A stretch of DNA of 64,000 nucleotides, from NCBI RefSeq assembly GCF_006345805.1, contig NC_043012.1, forward strand, positions 6,200,001 through 6,264,000. The letters run 5' to 3'. This DNA is from Octopus sinensis (Eukaryota). The stretch's first letter is position 1. Every line of letters starts with the position of its first letter. The notes below the pieces were generated by a model. The model worked only from the letters and a program-made list of their open reading frames with translations, was not told the origin of the DNA and made no database searches. The position numbers and the translations under genes were made by a program. Below are positions 39,496 to 50,820 of the stretch, one piece after another.

Positions 39496-40740
39496 TTGTC
39501 CTCACAGTTTACATTTGCTAAATTTACTTGCAAAAGCATTAGTCAGCCTGGGGCTATAGTAGAAGACACTTGCTTAAGGTGCCACATGGTGGGATCGAAC
39601 CCAAAGCCACCCGGTTACAAAGTGAGCTTTTTAACTAAACAGTCATACACACATCTACATAAATCATCTGCATGTATGCCTCCCCCCACCCCCATGCATA
39701 TATGCACACATTTATATCTGCGCTTGTGTATATGTATATACATGTATGTATATATACATACATACACACATATATATATATCTATATATATGTGTGTGTG
39801 TGTATATATATATGTATATATATAAACTGTAAGGTGTGCTTGTATTTATTTTCATGCATTTATTTATGTTTTCCTTTTTTTTTTAAAAAATTATATTCAC
39901 CCTGCAATGGCGGGAAAGGATTCCTCGAATGTGTGTGTCAACAAGAAATTAATACAAAATATCACTTTCTTCTCTTTAGGGTAATTTTTATATTTATTTT
40001 CACTTTAAATAATTTCAAAAATTACAATAATTGTCATAATAATTGTTAGTGTCTCACATAATAAGATTTACAATTTCAGTATCGAAAAATTCTGTAAAAT
40101 ATTCACTTTCCTCTGGTGATGTTTGTAGCTATGTAAAATTTTGAAATTTTAGACAATGATATCTTCTGTTCTCTAATAAGGCATTTATTGATGATATCTG
40201 CCATCGAAGGGTTAAAGTGATGATTTTGCCAGAGTTGTTAGTCTGTTGGATAGAATACGGTACAATATTCATTGCAATTCTTTGTGTTCTGTGATCAAAT
40301 GCCACCTGGGTCAACTTGGCCTTTCATTTTTCTTTTTGTTTGGTTGGAGATGGGGGCGGGATGGTAAAGAGTAGAACCATTCCATGGTGGTGGATCGATA
40401 GGATTGTTTGGGTATCAGACGGGATACCTAAGAAGCTTTGTGCTATCTGTTTTGGATCTTTGGGTCTGCTGTGCATTCTGAGTTCAAATTGTACCGTGTC
40501 ACTGGCAATAAAAGAAAAAAAAGACAATACCTCTGTCAGGTCTTGAAACCAATAAATAGTACCAGCAATTTGATAAAATGACCAATGGAAACATTTCCAC
40601 TTGTTTCTATTACTACCAGTACCATCACCATCACCACCACTACCACCACCATCACCAGCATCACCACCATCATCATTAGATGAGAAATTGGATGAGAAAT
40701 TAGCAATTGAAATTAGCAAACTCAACTAGATGCTAATTAT

Positions 40741-41001
40741 GATGTGTATTTAAACTAAATTCCTATTTTAGAGTGCTAATTATATTTAATATAGGAATGC
40801 ACTCGACCTGATCTATTTTAACATGTACAAATCTGCATTACTATTCTAGAGTGCTAATTTAATTTAACGAGTCAATATTCTTTACTAGATATATCAAATC
40901 CAGTTCAAAATATTGATAGATCTAGTCGACTGCATTCCTATATTAAATTTAATTAGCACACTAAAATAGGAACTTAGTCTAAACAAATTAAAATACACAT
41001 C
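40741..41001. mobile_element. AT-rich MITE-like element with inverted arms of 75-85 bp
   Basis: Arms 40741-40816 / 40916-41001, e.g. TTTAATATAGGAATGCA / TGCATTCCTATATTAAA. Confidence 0.75.
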
Positions 41002-41706
41002 ATCTCAGAGTGGTTGGTATTAGGGAGGGCATCCACCTGTAGAAACTTTGCCAGATCAGACTGGAGTCCAGTTCAGCCTTCTGGCTCACCAGTCCTCAGT
41101 CAAACCAACCAACCCATGCAGCATGGAAGGCAGACATTAAATGACGATGATGATCATAATTACCGTCTGGTTGAGTTTGCTCAGACATATCTCATTCTAT
41201 TGCTATCACAGGCCCTGTAGACATTTGCAGTTCCAGCCAATCTGACGGGTTTCCCAGACCAAGATTTCTAAAAGTTTTATTTGTTCTGCAAAGTGGACAG
41301 AAATCCAAATCCAAAGGCATTTTTTATGCTTTGCATTTCGTTCTTTACCAGCATCCTGCTTTCCCCCTTTTTATTCAAGGTTTCAGGCATCCCAAGCATG
41401 GCCACAGTCTAATGTCTGAAACAAGTAAATGATAAAAGATATATCATCATCATCATCATTTAGCATCTGTTTCTATGGCTAGTTTCTATGGCTGTTTCTA
41501 TGGTTTCCATGGCTGGATGCCAGGTCTAATGCCAACCATTTTACAGAGTGTGCTGACTGCTTTTACATGGCACCACATGTGCTTTTGCACGGTGCCACAT
41601 GGATGCTTTTATGCGATGCTGCACAGGCACTTTTATGTGTTGCCACACAGCTGCTTTTATGTAGCACTGCCATGCTTTTTACTATATATATATATATACA
41701 TATATA

Positions 41707-41738
<32 letters not shown>

Positions 41739-41818
41739 GTATATATATATATAGATATATGTATGCGTCGATTCGATTTGATTCGTTCGTTTCGTTTCTT
41801 TCTTCTTCTCCAAGTACT

Positions 41819-41861
<43 letters not shown>

Positions 41862-41869
41862 GTATGTAA

Positions 41870-41919
<50 letters not shown>

Positions 41920-42483
41920 TATATGTATATATAATATATATATGTAATATTATTATATATATATAGATATATATATATATAGATATAATACATATATATA
42001 TATATATATATATACCACATATATATATATATATATATACACATATATATATATAATTGTATATCTATATACTTTATATATATATATAATGTATATATAT
42101 TATATATATATATATATATATAATATGTATGTAAATATATATATATATATATATAATATATATATATTTATGTGTGTATATATATAAACTGGGTTCCAGT
42201 TGATCTAATCAATGGAACAGCTGCTCAGGAGATTAACATCTAAGTAGCAGAGCACTTCACAGACACGCGTACCCCTTCACATACTTTACAGGTAGATTCA
42301 GTGTGACCCAGAGTGTGACAAATCTGGCCCCTTGAAATACAGGTTACAAATCTCATATAGGGATAGCAAAATACTTTGAAAGTACTGGTTAGTTTCCTAT
42401 ACAAAGAATGTTGAACATTACAGTTAATATTCAACTTCAAGGTAACTATATAAACCGTCGTTAATATATGTTTATTTATTACT

Positions 42484-42570
42484 ATAAGATAAGAAAATAC
42501 AGAGATAATTAGTAAATTATTATTTAATTATTAATAATTTATTAATTATCTCTCTATTTTCTTATCTTAT
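42484..42570. repeat. 87-nt hairpin (39-bp stem with 2 substitutions between arms, 9-nt loop)
   Basis: TAAGATAAGAAAATACAGAGATAATTAGTAAATTATTA / TAATAATTTATTAATTATCTCTCTATTTTCTTATCTTA. Confidence 0.85.
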
Positions 42571-42629
42571 TACACACACACACACACACAGATATATATG
42601 TGTATATATATGTATATATATCAGCATCA

Positions 42630-42990
42630 AAATGAAAATTAAATGGAAATTGTAGATGTGATCCCCGTGCCAGTGGCACGTAAAAAGCACCATCCGAATG
42701 TGGCCGATGACATCGCCAGTTTGACTGGCTTCTGCACCGGTGGCATGTAAAAAAGCACCAACCAATCGTGGTTGTTGCCAGCCTCCTCTGGCCCCTGTGT
42801 CAGTGGCACGTAAGAAGCACCCACTACACTCATGGAGTGGATGGCATCAGGAAGGATCATCCAGCTGTAGAAACACTGCCGGATCAGACTGGAGCCTGGT
42901 GCAGCCTCCTGGCATTCCAGACCCCGGTCGAACCGTCCAACCCATGCCAGCATGGAAAAATGGATGTTAAACAATAATGATGATGATGAT
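42630..42990 (+). mobile_element. RTE 3' UTR fragment with (GAT)n tail
   Basis: RTE 3' motifs and internal repeats of about 60 bp. Confidence 0.8.
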
Positions 42991-43021
42991 GATATATATA
43001 TATATATATATATGATATATA

Positions 43022-43280
43022 CTTTATTTAAAGGCAGCAGAAAATTCAACAAACCTGTTACTCTGAGTTTCCCGTTGCCTTTCATCGGACAGTTTTTGCT
43101 AGAATAGAACTGATATTGGTTCTATTCTAGTAAAAACTGTCCGATGAATGGCAACGGGAAACTCAGAGTAACAGGTTTTGTTGAATTTCTGCTGCTTTAA
43201 ATAAAGCATATTACTCTACCACTGGTATTTGAGTACTCTTTTTTCCACCTTGTTTCACATTTATGTGTTTACTCCGGTAT
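43022..43280 (+). mobile_element. Penelope-like terminal repeat with inverted 5' copy
   Basis: Inverted arms 43022-43110 / 43119-43206 (about 88 bp), each with a hammerhead-like motif. Confidence 0.65.
43132..43179 (+). ncRNA. Hammerhead-like motif with degenerate stem II
   Basis: AAAAACUGU CCGAUGA AUGGCAACGG GAAA CUC-A-GAG UA ACAGGUUUU; stems I and III pair, stem II at most 1 bp plus a GCAA loop; antisense copy at 43051-43097. Confidence 0.45.
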
Positions 43281-43981
43281 ATATATATATATATATACAT
43301 ACAGACTCACATACAAACATGGTGCATTTGCAGAGTTTTTAGTGTTTTACAAAATATATGGTAGTATTCAGATGTAGATGTATGTGCATATCATGTATGA
43401 GTTAACATCTACTCCAGTACAGCTTGCTGCATTGTCAGGTTGTTGGTGAGCAAACTGGCTCCTGTGCCAGGCTTTTATGGCTAAGAGGGTTGAGACAGCC
43501 TGCTGTTGAAAAATATATTACTGTGTTATCTGGTATAGAAATTGAATTTTTTAGACCCAAATTTACAGCCCAAAATGAGAGGTTGACCAAGACAGCCAGG
43601 AGGGACCAAAAACTTCCATGTGAAATGCAGCAGGATTTAAAAAGATAGTGATAATGTTTGAATGCTTACGCTACATGTTTATGCTGTGCAGTATGTCAAC
43701 TTGTGTGAGTGAAAATACAGTCTCTGTGAAAATGATGGAGGAATCCAATGTAGTGTCAATGACTAACCGTCAATAGCTGTCAAGCAAATAGGTGAAGCAC
43801 TAAGTTATTTGTGTTGTTGAACGAGAATGATGTTTCTTGTCATTCAGCTGATGCTAGTCTCTTGGAGAAAAGATGTTCTATCGGTAAAGTGAGTGCAGTT
43901 TTGTGCTTGTTTCACTCATTATGATCAATTTCAAGCTCAGGAACCACTTATAAAACTCACTCATCATCATCATCATCGTCC

Positions 43982-44024
<43 letters not shown>

Positions 44025-44444
44025 TATCGTCATCGTCGTCGTCAACATCATCATCATCGTCATCCTCACCTCCACCACCACTTCTGCACCTATAAACCCT
44101 ATGGCTAAAAATTTTCACAGTAATGGGGAGTAGTAGAAGATCCAGGCTTGACCAGATGGAAACAGTTAATTGCAGACCTGCAGGTCAGCAACTTGGGAAA
44201 TACAGGCTCGCCAGAAATAATGCCCTTTTTGCATTTAATAATAACTTTTATAGTATATAACTGTATATAATTTGATAACTTTTATAGTATATATATAAAT
44301 GTATATAAATTTTTTATTGAACAACTAATGAAAAAAATTGCAGAAATTTTAGGAAATTTATTAAGTATTCTGTTGTGTCTGGGTAGAGTCATTCTCTTTT
44401 GGTGCCTTTTCATCAAAACAACATAATTCAATATAAAATGGTGT

Positions 44445-45095
44445 TAAGGTAGCGAGCTGGCAGAATCGTTAGCATGCCGGGTGAAATGCTTAGCGGTATT
44501 TCATCTGTCCTCCATTGTTCTGAGTTCAAATTCTACCGACGTCGACTTTACCTTTCATCCTTTCAGAGTTGATAAATTAAGTACCAGTTATGTACTGGGG
44601 TCGATCTAACTGACTGGCCCCTTCCCCCAAAATTTCGGGCCTTGTGCCAACAGTAGGAAAGAATATTAAGGTGGTGAGCTAGCAGAAACGTTAGCACGCC
44701 GGGCGAAATGCTTAGCGGTATTTCGTCTGCTGTTACGTTCTGAGTTCAAATTCTGCCGAGGTCGACTTAGTCTTTCATCCTTTCGGGGTCGATTAAATAA
44801 GTACCAGTTACACATTGGGGTCGATATAATCGACTTAATCTGTTTGTCTGTCCTTGTTTGTCCCCTCTATGTATAGCCCCTTGTGGGCAGTAAAGAAATA
44901 AGAAACGTTAGCACACTGGGTGAAATGCTTAGCGGTATTTCATCTGTCTTTATGTTCTGAGTTCAAATTCTGCCAAGGTCAACTTTGCCTTTCATCCTTT
45001 TTGGGGTCGATAAACCAAGTACCAGTTGTGTACTGGGGTCGATCTAATCGATTGGCCCCCTCCCCCAAAATTTTGGGCCTTGTGCTTAGAGTAGA
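44445..45095 (+). mobile_element. Three head-to-tail SINE B copies
   Basis: Repeated head GAATCGTTAGCA/GAAACGTTAGCA and core. Confidence 0.88.
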
Positions 45096-45229
45096 AAAGA
45101 ATATAAAAGGGCATTACTTTTGCCACACCTTATATATTAGTTGCTTGTTTTCCAAACTGTGGTTATGGAAAGGCTCAGCAACCCCTTGAGTGCTTGAGCA
45201 GCCCTTTCCAGGGCTTCTTCCCTAGAGCA

Positions 45230-45660
45230 GTTACTCTTTTTCTTGTTTCAGTCATTTGACTACAGCCATGCTGGAGCACTGCCTTAAAGGGTTTTAGTAG
45301 AACAAATCAACCCCAGGGCTTATTTCTTAAGCCTAATACTTATTTTATCATTATCTTTGTTGAACTGCTAAGTTAGGGGGATGTAAACACACCAACACCA
45401 GTTGTTAAGCAATGATGGAGAGACAAACACAGACACAAAGGCCACACACACCACACACACACACACACACAAACAGATATATACATATATATATGACAAG
45501 CTTCTTTCAGTTTCCATCTACGAAATCCACCCACAAGGCTTTGGTCAGCCTGAGCCCATAGTAGAAGACACCTGCCCAAGGAGCCATGAGGTGGGACTGA
45601 ACCCGGAACCATGTGCTTGGGAAGCAAGCATCTTATCACACAGTCACACCTGCGCCAGGC
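45230..45660 (-). mobile_element. SINE family A
   Basis: Antisense copy. Confidence 0.8.
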
Positions 45661-45935
45661 TGAAAAAAAAAACCTCGGTTAATTCTGGAATTAATCACCA
45701 GCCCTACAGCTGGTGACTGCTTTCTTTGTAACTTTCCAAATTCTTGATTTATTAAAATTATTTTAGCCTCTAGATGAAGTATTATAATTGCCAACAAGAA
45801 TTTATGTTGTATGGTATTTGATATACCTGCAGTTGTCTTTCTCATTCAAACACATGCCACTGGGCACTCAGACTTGTTTCTCTGAGCTCATTTTTGTTTT
45901 GTATGTATGTATGTTTGTGTGTGTATGTGTGTATG

Positions 45936-45971
<36 letters not shown>

Positions 45972-46170
45972 TGTATCTATATAAATATATATGTGCATAT
46001 AAATACACACACACACACACACATATATATATACATTCATATAAATATATAGTTTAAGTGCTAGCATATGAAACTCTTGGCCTTTGAGTTACTCTGTAGC
46101 TTCTGCTATATATATATGTGTGTAATCATCATCACCACCATCATCATCATCATTATCGTCATCATCATCG

Positions 46171-46201
<31 letters not shown>

Positions 46202-46379
46202 ATGTCCTGTTTCCATGCTGGCGTGTCGCTATGTATGTTTCGTGTGTGGGTATGTATGTGAAAAAGACTTTCCCAAATTCCCATAGAAATTATTACGCAA
46301 ACTCCATCGCATTGTCATGATGGTTAAGTAACTCATTATTGCCAACTTTCTTTCTCTTTTCACTAACACTATACATGTG

Positions 46380-46650
46380 TGTGTGAGTGTGTGTAGGTAT
46401 ACATTTGTGTGTGTGTGTGTGTGTGTGTGTGTAGGTATACATTTGTGTGTGTGTGTGTGTGTGTGTGTGTAGGTATACATTTGTGTGTGTGTGTGAGTTG
46501 TGTGTAGGTATACATTTGTGTGTGTGTGTGTGGTGTGTAGGTATACATTTGTGTGTGTGTGTGTGGTGGTGTTGTGTTGTGTAGGTATACATTTGTGTGT
46601 GTGTGTGTTGTGTGTGTAGGTATACATTTGTGTGTGTGTGTGTGTGTGTG
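46380..46650. repeat. Minisatellite: constant AGGTATACATTT core x7 separated by variable (GT)n
   Basis: Cores at 46395, 46433, 46471, 46506, 46539, 46583, 46618. Confidence 0.92.
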
Positions 46651-47129
46651 CATGTTTCACATGTCACATAATCTCTAGACATAGCGTCTAATTGTCCCTC
46701 AAGTCATATCCTACAAAGAAAGAGACAGGGAATAGTTTAGCCCTACAAAATGTACAAAATGGTGAGATGGTCATGGCTGGAACTTCTTAGATCATTGTTC
46801 TTCTCAGGGTTGATCTGGAGTTAAACCTCAACCATAATTTCATATTTGTACATATTCTTGTTATAGTGAAAGTTAACCTTACTTATCAGATAATGAAACA
46901 CTCAACAGTTTTATAGTGCTCCCCCTACTTGAAGTGATAAGTTATTTATTCCCCACCTTAGCCCCATGGACTTAGGCATTGCTTAGGGACACAGTGATGG
47001 TGACTTGGAACATTGACCTAGCTTCTAATTTTTGGGACCTTTTCAACTTGATTCAAAGCAGCAATGATCAATCAACCTATCAATCCATCAATCCTGTCCA
47101 AGCCATGTGATGCAATGGCCGGAATGGTC

Positions 47130-47590
47130 TAGAACATGATAACAAAAAAAGAAAATATCTACAGATGAAGGTGATTGTGTTGAGACTGATCGGCCAGCAG
47201 AATTTTGGTGGAACTTAAAGCTAAAACAGCCACCAAATTAAAATACAGTTAGCTAGATATTGTTGTGTGGAACCACAAAGAAAAGATATGTTCTGTTGTG
47301 GAAATCATCTGCCCCCTGGACACCAATATGGTAAGAAAGTACAAAAGGAATTTGATATCAATGGACCATAGATAAGATGTTTGCAAATCCAGTACCCAAG
47401 ATACCATACCTATTGTTTTAGTTCCATACTTATTATTGTTGGAGTAACAGGATTCATACTGACCAGTCTGGAGCAAAATATGGCTGAACTTGGGATCTTG
47501 GGGAGAGAATGTGAATCCTTAATTTATATACTACAAATGTTCGTGATATCTGGGACTATAAAAATCTGTGAGACCTTCTTAACGGTTAAA
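47130..47590 (+). pseudogene. RLE-type LINE C-terminal relic
   Basis: EFWWNLKLKTATKLKYS*LDIVVWNHKEKICSVVEIICPLDTN ... IIVGVTG ... GTIKICETFL. Confidence 0.65.
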
Positions 47591-48055
47591 GGATGAGAGT
47601 TAAAACAAGATGCTTTCTTTCACAACCTTGATACCACGTAGGTGGCTGGTTAAAATTTACTCTAAAATTAAAAAGAGAAAGAGAAAAACTTACATACATA
47701 CGTATGTACATACGTACATATATGCACACATGCTTAGATAGAACCAAAAGTGTGTGTAAATGCATGGTTGTTTACATATGTATGTCACTGTGTGTGTGTA
47801 TATATAATATATATATGTATGTATGTATAAATATATATATACGAATATATGTATATATATATATATATATGTGTGTGTGTATATATATATGTATATACTG
47901 AGGACTGGTGAACCAGATGGCTGCCTGGTGCAGCCATCTGGTTCGCCAGTCCTCAGTCAAATTGTCCAACCCATGCTAGCATGGAAAGCAGAAGTTAAAC
48001 GATGATGATGATGATGATATATGAATATATGTATATGTGTATGTATATATATATA

Positions 48056-48425
48056 CACTTGCGTCAGAAATTAATTAGCACTTCTCAAATTTCTACATTA
48101 AATAGGTTAAATCAATTAACCTATGGCTGTTCAAAACGTCTTACGCGATGAGAAAACTTAGTATGGTGTGATTTCGGTCCTTGCGAGGCGCTACCTATAT
48201 CTATTAAACAAAGGAATTTGTCTGCATCCGTACTCCAAGTTGTTGTTGCACTGCTATGTCAACATCATATGGCTGTAACTCTCAACTGCTCTGCAAACAA
48301 AGTTACGTCATCGTTCTGCGCAACAGTGAACTCGCAACAAAGCAATAGTTCGAGATATGGCCACTAGGTGACAGCACATACCTTGAGTGAAGAGCAAATC
48401 AAGGTGCTAATTAATTTCTGACGTA

Positions 48426-48428
<3 letters not shown>
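48056..48428. mobile_element. Tc1/mariner-type MITE (copy 1)
   Basis: TA flanks; TIR CACTTGCGTCAGAAATTAATTAGCAC / GTGCTAATTAATTTCTGACGTAGTG. Confidence 0.88.
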
Positions 48429-48466
<38 letters not shown>

Positions 48467-48747
48467 TAAATAGATTATATATATAAATGTATTATATAAT
48501 ATATATATGTATGTATGTATAAATATATATATACGAATATATGTATATATATAATATATATGTGTGTGTGTATATATATATGTATATACTGAGGACTGGT
48601 GAACCAGATGGCTGCCTGGTGCAGCCATCTGGTTCGCCAGTCCTCAGTCAAATTTTCCAACCCAGTGCTAGCATGGAAAGCAGAAGTTAAACGATGATGA
48701 TGATGATGATATATGAATATATGTATATGTGTATGTATATATATATA

Positions 48748-49119
48748 CACTTGCGTCAGAAATTAATTAGCACTTCTCAAATTTCTACATTAAATAGGTT
48801 AAATCAATTAACCTATGAGCTGTTCAAAACGTCTTACGCGATGAGAAAACTTAGTATGGTGTGATTTCGGTCCTTGCGAGGCGCTACCTATATCTATTAA
48901 ACAAAGGAATTTGTCTGCATCCGTACTCCAAGTTGTTGTTGCACTGCTATGTCAACATCATATGGCTGTAGACTCTCAACTGCTCTGCAAACAAAGTTAC
49001 GTCATCGTTCTGCGCAACAGTGAACTCGCAACAAAGCAATAGTTCGAGATATGGCCACTAGGTGACAGCACATACCTTGAGTGAAGAGCAAATCAAGGTG
49101 CTAATTAATTTCTGACGTA

Positions 49120-49122
<3 letters not shown>
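48748..49122. mobile_element. Tc1/mariner-type MITE (copy 2)
   Basis: Same TIRs; part of the tandem duplication. Confidence 0.88.
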
Positions 49123-49160
<38 letters not shown>

Positions 49161-49253
49161 TAAATAGATTATATATATAAATGTATATATATAATATATA
49201 TATAAAAATGTATATATATATGTATATAATTATATATATATATATATGTGTGC

Positions 49254-49505
49254 AGGCGCGTGGCTTAGTGGTTAGGGTGTCAGCACCATGATCGTAAGAT
49301 TGTAGTTTTGATTCCTGGACCGGGTGACGTGTTGTGTTCTTGAGCAAAACACTTCATTTCACGTTGCTCCAGTCCACTCAGCTGGCAAAAATGAGTAACG
49401 CTATGATGGACTGGCATCCCATCCAGCTGCGGAACACATACGCTATAGAAACTGGGAAACCAGTCCCATGAGTCTGGCTAGGCTTTAAAAGGGCGCATTT
49501 ATTAT
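49254..49505 (+). mobile_element. SINE family C, full length
   Basis: tRNA-like head GGCGCGTGGCTTAGTGGTTAGGG...GATTCCTGGACC; further copies at about 61705, 62020 and 5065. Confidence 0.8.
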
Positions 49506-49627
49506 TTTATTTATATATATGTATATATATCTATATATGTGTATATATATGTATATATATATGTGTATATATATGTAATATCTATATTTGTATATATTGT
49601 ATGTATATGTATGTGTGTATATATATG

Positions 49628-49679
<52 letters not shown>

Positions 49680-49685
<6 letters not shown>

Positions 49686-50110
49686 TTGAATTCTAAATCT
49701 CTCGTAGAGACATGTACGGTGGTGGGGCGATAGAATGGTTGTATACTGTCAATCGCCCCACCACCGTACATATCTCTACGAGAGATTTAGAAATTCAATA
49801 TTTCTTATTTTGATAATCAGTGAATAAACTTCACTGAGTTTACATATATACAGATACGAAGTCGAGGCAAATATCACCAGCTGACCGGTGTCTGCTACTC
49901 TAGGCCGATGAAGGACAATGATCCTGAAACACGGTGTCCCTAGATACAGTTCCGGCAGCCGGGGGTGTTTGTCTCCCCTTTGTATATGTATATAAGGACA
50001 CAGGGAAAAAATGTGTCAAAGCTATCAGGAGGCGTTCGATGCTTCCTAGGGCTATATAGTGGTGGTGTACCCCCTACTGTCACGTTCTTGTTAGATTGAC
50101 AGTATACAAC

Positions 50111-50118
<8 letters not shown>
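49680..50118 (+). mobile_element. Retrozyme/Penelope-like non-autonomous element (monomer of about 365 nt plus an inverted junction copy)
   Basis: Hammerhead at 49899-49944; 49680-49754 is the reverse complement of monomer end joined to monomer start; (TA)n on both sides. Confidence 0.65.
49899..49944 (+). ncRNA. Type I hammerhead ribozyme
   Basis: UCUAGG CCGAUGA AGGA-CAAUGA-UCCU GAAA CAC-G-GUG UC CCUAGA: 6-bp stem I, 4-bp stem II, near-palindromic stem III, GUC site at 49938. Confidence 0.75.
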
Positions 50119-50146
<28 letters not shown>

Positions 50147-50149
50147 AGT

Positions 50150-50420
50150 GGTAACTTACTACAGGATGAGTAAACAGCAGGAGAAATCTTCAGAGCAAGA
50201 AGAATTCCTGTCAAATAAGTATTTCAGCTCATTTTTATTCTTGACACTTCTAAGGGAGCCAGGTCTTTTGCTGTCCTACTATTTAAAATAATAACAAACT
50301 TATTGTGTTCAGTGCTGAGGTGCTGCGCTACAACTCTTCAGAAAAAGTAACCCAAACTGTATGAACAGTGAATGAGTTTAGTGGGGATTGAACTTGGAAG
50401 CTCTGGGTGAGCTTTTTTGT
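50150..50420 (-). mobile_element. SINE-like family D
   Basis: AGCAGGAGAAATCTTCAGAG...AGTGGGGATTGAAC homologous to the reverse complement of 9743-10042. Confidence 0.55.
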
Positions 50421-50439
50421 ACATGTGTGGATGTATTAT

Positions 50440-50820
50440 TCTACTTGTTTCAGTCAGTTGACTGTGGCCATGCTGGAGCACCACCTTTTACTCAAACAAA
50501 TCAACCCCAGGATTTATTCTTTGTAAGCCTAGTACTTATTCCATTGGTCTCTTTTGCCAAACTGCTCTGTTACGGGGATGTAAACACACCAACATCGGTT
50601 GTTAAGTGATGGAGGGGGACAAACACAAACACAATACACACACACACACACACACACACACACGACAGGCTTCTTTCAGTTTCCATCTACCAAATCCACT
50701 CACAAGGCTTTGGTCAGCCCGAGGCTGTAGTAGATGATACTTGCCCAAGATACCATGCAGTGGGACTGAACCCAGAACCATGTGGTTGGTAAGCAAACTA
50801 CTCACCAGCCACTCCTGCAC
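50440..50820 (-). mobile_element. SINE family A
   Basis: Antisense copy. Confidence 0.85.

Larger units (their letters stand above)
47800..49160. repeat. Tandem duplication of a block of about 692 bp
   Basis: Both copies have the same hairpin, RTE tail and MITE; offset 691-692 bp; unique sequence differs mainly by 1-bp indels. Confidence 0.95.

Noticed and set aside
41210-41285. Minus-strand exon candidate TNKTFRNLGLGNPSDWLELQMSTGP (FN3-like)
   Set aside because: Good acceptor but only a weak donor before an in-frame stop; an equally plausible frame exists on the other strand.
49254-49330. tRNA gene (and other A/B-box heads in SINE A/B/C copies)
   Set aside because: No complete cloverleaf, and each is fused to a SINE body.
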